Assembly (NCBI GenBank): GCA_035221665.1
Contig: JAVHYY010000678.1
Span: forward strand, 1 to 62,490
Source: Okamejei kenojei
Lineage: Eukaryota
Length of the DNA: 62,490 bases
Direction: 5' to 3'
This document shows, piece by piece, positions 1-62,490 of the stretch (position 1 is the stretch's first letter; each line of letters opens with the position of its first letter). The position numbers and the translations under genes are program-made. The notes beneath the pieces were generated by a model. It was not told where the DNA came from and did no database searches. It saw only the letters and a list, made by a program, of their open reading frames with translations.

Positions 1-1600
1 GGCTGTGGGTTGGGTTGTGTGGGTTTGTGTTTGGGTGGATTATAGGGTTTCATTTCGTGGCATGGTGGAATAAATTTGGTGGGTTTGTGATGTGGTTGCT
101 TCGGGTTGATGGTGGGGGGGTGGGTTATGCTGGGGGGGGTGGGTTGCTGGGGGGGTTGGTTTGCTGGGGGGGGGTTGGGTTGCTGGGGGTACGGGGTTGG
201 GTTGCTGGGGTGGGGGTTGGGTTGCTGGGGGGGGGGTTGGGTGCTGGTAGTGGGGGGGTTGGGGTTGCGGGGGATGGGGTTGCTTGGGTTGTGGGGGGGG
301 TTGGGTTGCTGGGGGGGGTTGGGTTGCTTGGTGAGGGGGGGGTTTGGCGTTGCTGGGGGGGGTTGGGTTGCTGGGTGGGGGTTATGTGGGTTGGGTTGCT
401 GGGGGGGGGTGGGTTGCTGGGGGGGGGGTTGGTTGCTGGGGGGGGGGTTGGGTTGCTGGGGGTGGGGTTGGGTCGCTGGGGGCGGTTCGGGTTGTGAGGG
501 CGGGGTTGGGTTTGGCTTGGGGGGGGGGTTGGGGTGCTGGGGGGGGTGGGTTGCTGGGGGGGGTTGGTGTTGCTGGGGGGTGGGGGATTGGGTTGTCTGG
601 GGGGGGTGGTTGGGTTGTCATGGGGGGGGGTTGGGTGCTGGGGGGTGGGGTTGGGTTGTGGGGGGTGACGTTGGGATGCTGGGGGGGGTGGGTTGCTGGG
701 GGCGGTGGGTTGCTGGGGGGGTTTGGTTGGTTGCTGGGGGGGGTTGGGTGCTGGGGGGGGGGTGGGTTTCTGGGGCGGGGGTGGGTTGCTGAGTGGGGGT
801 GGGTTGCTGGGGTGTGGTGTTGTGGGGGGGTTGGGTTGCTGGGGGGGGTTGGGTTGCTGGGGGGGGTTGGGTTGGCTGGGTGGGGGGTTGGGTTGCTGGG
901 GGGAGGGTTGGGTTGCTGGGGGGGGCTGTGGGTTTGCTGGGGGGGGTTGGGTTTGCTGGGGGGGAGTGGTTGGAGTTGCTGGCGGGGGTTGGGTGCTGGG
1001 GGGGGGTTGGGTTGCTGGGGGGAGGGTTGGGTTGCTGAGGGGGGCCTTGGTTGCTGGGGGTGGGGGTTGGGTTGCTGGGAAGGGAGGTGGGACAACGTTT
1101 TCTTTGGGTTTTTTTATTTGTTTTTTTTTGGGTGCTTGGGGGAGGCTGGGGTTCGGGTTGCTGGGGGTGGGGGGTTGGGTTGCTGGGGGGAGGGTTGGGT
1201 TCGTAGGGAGGGGGGTGGTTGGGTTGCCTGGGTGGGTGGGTTGTGGGGGGGGGGTTGGGTTGCTGGGGGTGTGGAAGGGTTGGGTTGATGGGGGTGGGGT
1301 TGGGTTGCGTGGTGGGGGTTGGGTTGTGGGGGGGGGGTTGGGTTGCTGGGTGCGGGTTGGGGTTGCTTGGGGGGGGTTGGTTTTGATGGGTGGGGGTAGG
1401 TTGCTGGGGGCGGTGGTTGCTGGGGGGGTTGGGTTGCTGGAGGGGGTTGAGGTTGCTGGGGTGGGGTGTGGGTTGCTGGGGGGGGTTGGGTTGCTGGGGG
1501 GGGTGGGTTGCTTGGGGGTGTGGGTTGATGGGGGGGTTGGGTTGCTGGGGGGTGGTTGGTTGCTGTGGAGGTGGGAGTTTGCTTTTGGGGGGGGGGGTGG
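1..1600. repeat. G-rich minisatellite (gggttgggttgctggggggg)n
   Basis: Directly visible tandem units; source of the Gly/Trp/Cys ORFs. Confidence 0.92.
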
Positions 1601-1791
1601 AGCGAAGAAGAGGATCAGCAGCTCCGAATGAGGAAGAGCGGCAGTGAGATCACCTCACATTCGCACAGAAGTTGGGCGCTTACTCCTCCATCGCCAGCAT
1701 CTCGTTCACGAAGCGGCCTTGATGCCGCCGCTGTCGCTCGACGCTCTTCACGCTTCGTTCAGGCCGATGTGATGGTGACGGTGGCGCACCC
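1600..1791 (-). other. Probable exon of an unidentified neighbouring gene, frameshifted by sequence errors
   Basis: Acceptor ctatcccctgcag followed by GC3-rich codon-like sequence (fragments FVNEMLAMEE and ELLILFFAP in shifting frames). Confidence 0.35.
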
Positions 1792-3169
1792 TGCAGGGGA
1801 TAGTGGGGAGGGAGCGTGAGAAACCGTGCAGCTGGACAGGCGGGGGGAGGTGAGAGCAGGAGAAATGTGTAGGAAGCAATCTGCAGATGCAGGTTCACAC
1901 TGATGATTGGCGCAACATGCTGGTGTAATCAGCAGGGTCAGCGGTCGTCTCTGTGGGAGGAAGGAATGGGCCACGTTCGGGTCGACACCCTTCTTCAGAT
2001 GCCAGGGGAGAAGAGAGACAGAGATAAGGAAGAGTAAGTATGAAATGTGACATCAAAAGTGACGCGCAGCTCAAGGAAAATGGTTGCTTTAAATGTTAGC
2101 TGGGTGGAGGTGAACCACAATGGTGAGAATAAATTGTAAGCAGTGGGACGTGCAGCAGAGGCTCGGGAAACACCTCCGCTATTGCGCATAAACCCTACTG
2201 ATCCGGTGTGCTAATACTTAACTCGCCGTGCCATTCCTACACTGGACCTCTCTATCCTGGGCCTCCACAGGGTTAAGTGTGAGGCGCAGCACAAATTGGA
2301 GGGCTCAGATCTGTCCGGTATGTCTCGCGCTTGGGTGGTTTCTAACTTCAAGTAACCCCTGCTTTCCCCTCGTCCCTCCCCATCCTCCCCCCATCAGTGT
2401 TGGAACCCAGTGTGACTGGCTCCGGATTGCCATGTTATTCTTGCACACTGCGTTGTCACACTTCTCCTGGCTGACAATCGCATTTTCCTGAAAACGTCAT
2501 TCTGGTGTTGTCGTTTTCACATCTCACCCGTTCTTATCGCAGTGTCTCCCTATTCCCGGATTCTCAGATGCGAAGGCTCGTTCTGCTTTACTGAGTACTC
2601 GCTTGCTCTTGATCCCACTGAGCGACTCAGCAATTATGTGTCTACCTCAATGCAATTCCCAGCGGTTGTTGCCAAGTCCCTTCCTAACAGGAGGCGATGA
2701 TGGGGGCAGTGGGAACGCAGCCGCGGCTCGGACCGCGGGGGCTCGGCCTGTAGCCGGCGTCACCGGGAGATGCACGGGCCGGTTTCTGCGGAATCCCTGG
2801 GTTGTCGTTGCCGTAGTTGTGATTGGAAGTCGCCTCATGAGGATTTTCTGCGTCATCGATGCCCCGCGCGGGGATCGCCGTCACGTGTTGAGGATTTCTG
2901 ATCCGACCAGACCTGGGGTTTTCTTCCTAGCAGGTGCAGGCCCACCAAGGGGTCGTTCGCTCAGAGTCGGATGACTCGTCGCACTGAGTCCTTCTGTTCC
3001 CCGAGTCTCCCCGTCGCCACGGGCCCGACGGCCGAGCGGGAATGTTGCTGGACTGTCGTCGCCTGCCGCCTCGGGGCCACCGTTAGGCTCTGCGATCTCG
3101 GCAGGCGCTGTTATCGGGAGGTGACTCGACTAACCAAGCGCTTCACACGGCCCACGGCCGGCCGACAGC

Positions 3170-4080
3170 CCCCCCCCCACCATCCACACCCACTCAACCA
3201 CCTCCCCTAAACACTCACATTATCACCCAACATATCACCAAACCCCACACTCGTCCTCCCCCCACCCACTCACTTACTGCACAGCCTCCCATCACACACT
3301 ACCCCCAACCCACACTCAATACCCACACTCAACACAGCATCCCACACACACTTCACTCAACACCCCGCCCCACACCTTACTTCACGCACCTAGGCCACCC
3401 AACACATACATACTCACCACCCAAACACACTCTCAGACCCACTGCCCCACACACTCAAATGCACTCACTAACCACCTCACAACTTCACCCCCCACACACA
3501 CATCACCCCACCACACAATCACTATCACCACACTCACAACTCACTAATCCCCCCATAGCACCACTACCACCCTTCGCACACACTAACCTACCCCAACACA
3601 TACCATCCCCACACTCACGCACAACACACTACCACTCATCACATCCTCCACATTACCACCTCATAGACAGTACCCCACCGACACACCCATACACACGCAC
3701 CCTCTGACACACCCCACCACATCAGAAGCCCACGCTCCACAATCCTCCCCCCTACACCAAACACTGACCACACTCACATCCCGCTCATTCATCCCCCAAA
3801 CACACTCTCACACACTCACCGCTACCACACGCCTTCCATTCACACACTCAGGTCCCACCTTCCGCACATGCACACACACCACCCTCACTCACGCACACCA
3901 CTCACCACCTCACAACACAAACAGACCAACCCCAACTCACACTCACCACTCCTCCCCCCAAACAAAAAAAACTACTCACTCCATACAACACACTCACCTA
4001 CCACTCACACACACCACCTCCATCACCATCCTCACACCAACACACCGTACTCTCTCCAACCCACACACTCGCCTCACCAA
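3170..4080. repeat. C/A-rich low-complexity tract
   Basis: cacacactc-type degenerate repeat with almost no G. Confidence 0.85.
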
Positions 4081-5049
4081 TTCACGGTAGCTCGCCGCTG
4101 CCCCTTAGAATAGTAATTCAGTTTACATTCATAGTTTGCCGATCCCAAGATCACCTGCAACACCTGAACTCACCGGACCCCACAATTCACACTGCATGGG
4201 GAAAGCGCAGGCGACATAATCAAGGACCACCACCCCGTTCGTTATCTTTGTCTCCCCTCTCTCCTTCGGGCAGAAGTTAACGGAAACGTGAAAGCAAAGT
4301 CAGCAGATTCGTGAAAGCTTCTCTTCCCGCTGTTACAGGTACTGAACGACCGTAGAGTTCACTGAGTGAACAAGAGGTCGCCACCATGAGCACTGTTGCG
4401 TTGGGCCCGATTTCCACCTGCCACGGCTGAGATTGGACATTCTCCGCAATACTATACACACATTCTACACTCGGGTATATTTCTCTCAGCGCTGCGCTGT
4501 TGGACTAGATTATACGCATGGTAATAATTCGCACAGTAGCAGTTTTTCACTGAGCACTGGATGACAGTAATAAACCGATGCAAGTTGATGGTTGGTTATC
4601 CTCCCTAATACCTTTACCCAGTTCTACCTGTCCTTGCTCTGCATGTGCAAGCCCCCACCCCCCCGCGTTCGCCGCGGTTCCCCTTCTTGCAATGATTACA
4701 GAATGCCGCGCTTACCGCCTGTAGGTGGGAGGCCATGCATGGGTGCAGAGACAAGCGAGGATACGAGCAGCGCTAGCGGAGCTTCAACGCCGGAGCCGGT
4801 TTGGAGAGAGAGTTGGTATGGGTGAGAGCCCGGCAGACAGTCTCTCCCTGGGGGCGGGCGGGGGTGAATAACCGGCCGCCGCCCAACTCAACTTCCTCGG
4901 TCTCAGCTTCCTGAAGCCGCTGGTGCCGCCTCAACGCTCCCGCCCCGCCGCACAACCTTGCCACCCCCTCTCCTCCCCCGCCCTCATTCCTACCAACCTC
5001 TCACTTTCCTCCCCCACCCTCCATCATCACTCCGTTCCCCTTCCTCCTC

Positions 5050-6110
5050 CGTAGAGGCATATGATGTGATTCACTGTGGAAACGGCCCTTCTGGCCAAAT
5101 CGCCTACACTCGGCCAACAATGTCCCAGCTACACTGGTCCCACCTGCTGACGCTTGGCCATACTTCCCAAACCCTGTCTAGATATCCATGTAACCTGTCG
5201 AATGTTTCTTATTGAGGGACAGTCCAGTGCATACTACTCTCTGGCAGCTTGTTCATACAACCCACAACCCTTTGTGTGAAAAAAAATTACCCCTCGGATG
5301 GTGGCGGGAGATTGCATCTTCACGGTGTGTCCGCCCTATTTCACGAATGCAACATCCTGATTGACACATTCAAAATATGTTCAAATAGAAACAAGTTGTC
5401 ATCCTAAACTTTAGGCTGTGCCGCCACACGCGCAAGTGGAAGAAGACCCTCGGATTTCCTGAGAAATCTTTTCCCTTTCACCTTGAATCCTATGTTCCTC
5501 TGGTCGCGATTCACTCTACTCTGGGCAGAGAATCTGCATCCACTCCCCTCTCATGATTTTGTACTACCACTAATAAGATTCGTCCCCTCATTCTCCAGTG
5601 CTCCATGGGATTAGAGAAACCCAACTACTAACATCTCCCTGTAGCTAACACCTCTAGTCCTGACAACATCTGCTTCTCTGAACCCCTTACAAGTTGACTA
5701 AATATCCTTTTCCTATAAACACGGTGCCCCAGAATCTGAACAAATATTCGAAATGGTGCCTCCTCCAACGCCTTTATTACAACTGCAAAATGACCTCCAA
5801 CTCCTATACTCATGCTGATGATGAAGGCCAATGTGGCAAAAGGCCTTTTTGACCACTTTTTCTACCTGCGACTCACTCTTCAAGGAAATCCGTGACTGTA
5901 CTCTTGGTCCCTCAAACTGCTCCATTACACTACCAGAGGTCCCCGACCTTTCCTGCGTTAGGCCTGCCTTGTTCGACGCATCAAAATTGCAACACCTCGA
6001 CACTTCTCTGTATTAAATTCCTATCAACCATTCCTCCGCCACTGGCCAATCGATCCAGTCCTGCTGCAAAATACTTTCACAACCATCGTCACGATCTGCA
6101 AAACCACTAA
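5050..6110 (-). mobile_element. Degraded CR1 LINE 3' portion
   Basis: Reverse complement resembles CR1 ORF2 C-terminus (SQVEKVVKKAF...) and the 3' UTR seen in other copies here. Confidence 0.7.
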
Positions 6111-6159
6111 CTTATGTTTCGTCAACACCTCCACCCCACCCCCCCCTCCTCTCCCTGAC

Positions 6160-6660
6160 TATGCGCCCCATTTCCCTCCGACTCCCTCCCTCCCCCCTCC
6201 CTCCCTTGATCCTTCCCTCCTTCCCCTCCCTCTACCGGCGCCGGGGGCCGCCGGCCGTGGCGCGTCCCCTCCGCCCGCGCGACCATCCGCCGGGGAGGCC
6301 GGGTCCCGGCCGACTACCCGCCCTCCCACTTCCGGCTCCGGCCGGCTCCAGACTCCCGGGCCGGGCCGCCGGGCGCCGCCTCCGGCTCCGCTCCGGCATC
6401 CTCCGAAGGCTCCTCCGCTCCGCTCCGCCCCGCTCTCGACCTCCACCGGCCGGAACCTACCTCCGGCCGGCTACCTACCTCCGTAACCATCCCCTCCGAT
6501 CCTGTCTCCCTGCCTATGCCCCCATCCTCGGACCTCCTCCCTTCCGCTCCGGTCCCTCCGTCCATGAACCCCGCTTCCCCACCTCTCCTCCGTACCTCCC
6601 GTCCGGGCTCCGGGGTCGGCCGGGCTCCGTCCGGGCCGCCGGCCCTCCTCCCCCCCCCGC
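6160..6660. promoter_or_regulatory. CpG-island-like promoter candidate downstream of IQANK1
   Basis: Very high GC and CpG density; ETS site CCGGAAGT (minus, 6328-6335) adjacent to GC box GGGCGGG (6317-6323). Confidence 0.5.
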
Positions 6661-7492
6661 CCTCCCATCTCCCTCCCCTCCCTCCTCCCTCCGACCCCCT
6701 CCTCCATACCTCTCCCTTCCTCTGCCTTCCCACCCCGCTCCCTCCTCCATGCCTCCCCCTCCCTCCCCATCCTTCCTCCTACTCCCTCCTCGCCTTCCCT
6801 CTCCCTTCATCCCTCCCCCTCCACCCTCCACCCTCCCTCCTTCACCCCACCCCTCCTTTCTCTTCTGCCCTCCCTCTGCACCCTCCTCCCTCCCTCCCTC
6901 CCTCCCTCTGCCCCCAGCCTCCCTCCCAGGGTGAGCGATGTGCAGGGGCACGAGGATGGTGCTGCCGGCGACACAGTGGGGGTGAGGGGTCTGGGTGCGG
7001 GTGAGTGGACGATGAGATTGGGGGGGGGTCAAATAAGGAATCAGGATGGCGTTGAGGGGTCAGGGAAGGTTCAGGGTGGGGTTGTGGGGTCAGTGTGGGG
7101 TCATGGTGAGGATGAGGGGTTAGGATAGGGTTGAGGGGTCAGGGTGATGATGAGGGGTCAGGGTTGGGGTGAGGGCTCGTGGCGAGGATGAGGAATCAGG
7201 GTGGGACTGAGAACACTAACTTGTTCATGCTGACCAAGAAGCCCCATCTGAGCTAGTCCCATTTGCCGTATTTTTTCCATCTAAAGTCCTCCTGCATAGA
7301 TAGTGATGATTAAGAGGCTTTTAGATGGGCACATGGCTCGGCAGAGAATGGAGGGATATAGATCATAATATGAATGTAACATGGAATCATCTTTAACACA
7401 CTCACTGTGGGCCAAAGAGCCTCTTCCCGTGCTGTAGTGTCTATGTGCTCACGGGATCCTGTCGGGATCCTGTCGGACTCCACATCAGCAGA

Positions 7493-7622
7493 GTCTGAAG
7501 AAGGGTCTCGACCCGAAACGCCGCCTATTTCCTTCGCTCCATAGATGCTGCCTCACCCGCTGAGTTTCTCCAGCATTTCTGTCTACCTTCAATTTTCCAG
7601 CATTTGCTGTTCCTTCTTAGAC
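7493..7622 (+). mobile_element. Penelope pLTR-derived short element with degenerate hammerhead core
   Basis: ctgaagaagggtctcgacccgaaacgcc (7495-7522) followed by the shared gatgctgcc..gctgagtttctccagca tail. Confidence 0.7.
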
Positions 7623-8368
7623 AGGGAATTTGGTGTTTTTGGACGTTCAGAAGCAAAGACAGCCTTGGGCATGTGAGTCATGGAGTCCCGTGCTAAGCAC
7701 CTACACTAGTCCCACCTGCACACAATTGACCCATATCCTTCTAAACCTTTCCTGTCCATGTACCTGTCCAAATGATTCTACCTCTTGTTATAGTACCTGC
7801 CTCAACTACCTCCTCTGGCAGCTCGTTCCTTACACCCATAACCCTCTGTGTAAAAACGGTGCCCCTTAAGTTCTCATTCAATCTATCCCCTCTCACTTTA
7901 AACCTGTGACCTCTGGTTCTTGCTTTCCCTCTTCTGGGTAAATGTGCGTTGGCACAATCTATTCCCCTCTATTTTTACAACACAGGCATTGGCGTGCTGT
8001 GGGATGGAGACTGAGATGATACAAGGCCAAGAGAAGCCAGCACAAGTGTGTGTGTGCAAACGGCATGCACTTGGATAGAACCATCTGGTGGGAACCATGT
8101 CAAACGCAGCCAGACTGGGTGGCGTTGTGAGCTGTGAGGATGGGCAAGGGGGCAAAGGGGGGGGGGAGTGCAAGGGGATATCAAGGGGGGGGAGGGGGGG
8201 AGCGGTGTTCAGACCCCTTGAGGTCTGGGGTACTAGTTAGGGTGTTTCTGTGCTCAGGGCTGGTCTGGATGGTGCCAGTGGATGCTGGTGTTGTAAGTGG
8301 ATGGGTAGCGATTGGATGGAGCGCTGATCTCCAGTACCATGCATGGGATGTCACCAAAGTTGAAGGGT

Positions 8369-8374
8369 TTTATT
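8369..8374 (-). terminator. Candidate polyadenylation signal AATAAA of IQANK1
   Basis: tttatt on the + strand, about 74 nt downstream of the stop codon. Confidence 0.6.
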
Positions 8375-8447
8375 TGTCTCCTGGTTACAGCTGAAACCAA
8401 CACTGCAGCGACTGCCGGAGGTGAGTACTGTGCCTGCCTGGCGTCCG

Positions 8448-60870
<52,423 letters not shown>

Positions 60871-61024
60871 GGTGTTAACAACATCAGGGAATCGGGTGAA
60901 GGCACATCTCTGAAAGAGAGAGCAAGTGTCTGGTTAGTCAAAATGGCTGTGCAGTGTCCAAGTGCAGGCGGTGATCTCTGTGGAGAGGGATAATGCCCAG
61001 ACCGCTGGCTGTTGCAACATCAAG

Positions 61025-61400
61025 GGTTACACAAAAAGCTGGAGAAACTCAGTGGGTGCAGCAGCATCTAAGGAGTGAAGGAGATAGGCGACGTTTCGTG
61101 CCGAGACCCTTCTTCAGACTGGTCAGGGATCATGGACACGAGAGATATAGACGGTGATGTGGAGAGATAAAGAACAATGAATGAAAGATATGCAAAAAAG
61201 CATAGATGATAAAGGGAACTAGCCATTGTAAGCTGTTTGTGGTGTGAAAATGAGAAGCTAGTGCGACTAGGGTGGGGGAGGGAGATAGAGATAGAGAGAA
61301 TGCCAGGGCCCGAGGGCTGAGGGAGAGGTGGGGAGGGGGAGGAGACAGCAAGGGTTAACAGAATTGAGAAAATTCAATGCTCAAGCCCAAAGGTTGAAAC
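61025..61400 (-). mobile_element. Penelope 3'/pLTR fragment with hammerhead core (61090-61117)
   Basis: Reverse complement ctgaagaagggtctcggcacgaaacgtc plus the shared tail. Confidence 0.7.
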
Positions 61401-61599
61401 ATCAACATCGCCCAGCGGCGGCTACTGAACGATGGCATCAGCAATCCCAGAACATCCCTGTAACTCCACACTGCCATCAGCACCCAACCCCAGCACAAGG
61501 TCCAGAGCACGCAGAGCAAATGCGAGGGTGAAGGAGTGCACAGGGGGAGATACGGCTCAGTCGGGTCAACAGGGTGGTTGACGGAGTCTGTGGGGAGCT

Positions 61600-62490
61600 A
61601 TGGAGGGATGGGAGAGGGGAATGGGTAGGGAGCATGGTGCAAGGGGAGGGGGTGTGGAGAGGTGAGGGAGTGGTGCGGTTAGAAGAGTTGAGGGAGGGCT
61701 GGAGGGGAGAGCAAGTTGAGTGGAAGGGAGAGAGAGAACGTGGTGAGTAGGTAGCAGGTGCGGAAGAGTGTGAGTAGGAGGGGATAAGGGGGGTGGAGTG
61801 AGATTAGGAGGGTGTGTGTGTGGGGGAGAGAGGTGTGGGGGGGGGGTGAGGCGGTGTGTGGCGGGGTGAGGAGGTGGAGACTGTGGGGGAGTATGGGAGA
61901 GGAGGGTGTGTGGGGGGGATGGGGAGAGGAGGTGTGGGTGGGGGGGATGGGAGAGGAGGGTGAAGGGGATGGGGTGAGGATGTGTATGTGTGTGGGGGGG
62001 GTGAGGAAGGGGATTGTCTGTGGGGGGAGGAGGGTGGGTTTGTGGTGTGGATGTGGGGGGGGTGTGGGTGGGAGGGTGTGGGGGGGAGAGGACGGAGTGT
62101 CCTGTGGGGGGGAGGGGGGTTTTGTGGGGTGGTGTGGTGTGGGGGGGGAGGTGTTTGGTGGGGGGTGTTTAAATACAAATATAAGTAGGGGGTGTTAGGT
62201 TTGTGTTCGGGTGGTGTGTGTGTGTNNNNNNNNNNNNNNNNNNNNNNNNNNNNNNNNNNNNNNNNNNNNNNNNNNNNNNNNNNNNNNNNNNNNNNNNNNN
62301 NNNNNNNNNNNNNNNNNNNNNNNNNNNNNNNNNNNNNNNNNNNNNNNNNNNNNGGGTGCGTGGTTGAGTGGGGGTGTGTGGTGTGTGTGTGTGTGCGGTG
62401 CGTGTGGTTATGTGTGTGTGTGTGGTGGCGGGTGCGTGTGTGGGGGGGGGAGGGTGGGGGGGGGGGGGTGGGGGGGGGGGGGGGGGGGGT
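61600..62490. repeat. G/T-rich low-complexity tract containing an assembly gap (N 62226-62353)
   Basis: Directly visible. Confidence 0.9.

Noticed and set aside
1-1600. Possible telomeric repeat
   Set aside because: The unit contains TTGGG/GCTGGG rather than TTAGGG arrays.
15-1647. Long Gly/Trp/Cys-rich and Pro-rich ORFs
   Set aside because: Translations of a stop-poor G-rich minisatellite, open in several frames at once.

Overview
This is vertebrate genomic DNA. The repeat content (CR1/HER1-type LINEs, HE1-like V-SINEs, Penelope fragments) points to a cartilaginous fish such as a skate, ray or shark. The main feature is a multi-exon minus-strand gene that I assembled by hand with canonical GT-AG sites and consistent phases: an IQANK1 orthologue (IQ motif, two ankyrin repeats, coiled coil, C-terminal WPLIIDP..YGK domain). 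It has 14 coding exons from ATG 60870 to TAG 8448, about 572 aa; exon 2 is the least certain. The introns are packed with CR1 LINEs (several nested), Tx1-like and Penelope fragments, V-SINEs, two related non-autonomous elements and many GC-skewed minisatellites, which generate most of the spurious Gly/Pro/Trp ORFs in the track. Three signals stand out. (1) An apparently decayed Myb/SANT-like (Harbinger/NAIF1-type) gene is nested in the 5' part of IQANK1; its coiled-coil last exon (48562-47958) is still open, in phase with IQANK1 and has its own AATAAA. (2) Short TSD-flanked Penelope-derived elements carry minimal hammerhead ribozyme cores. (3) An inverted pair of the same minisatellite brackets exons 4-8, a frame-preserving 678-nt block. 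The first ~6 kb and 11.3-14 kb look like error-rich unpolished sequence, and there is an N gap at 62226-62353. Family assignments rest on remembered motifs, not database searches.
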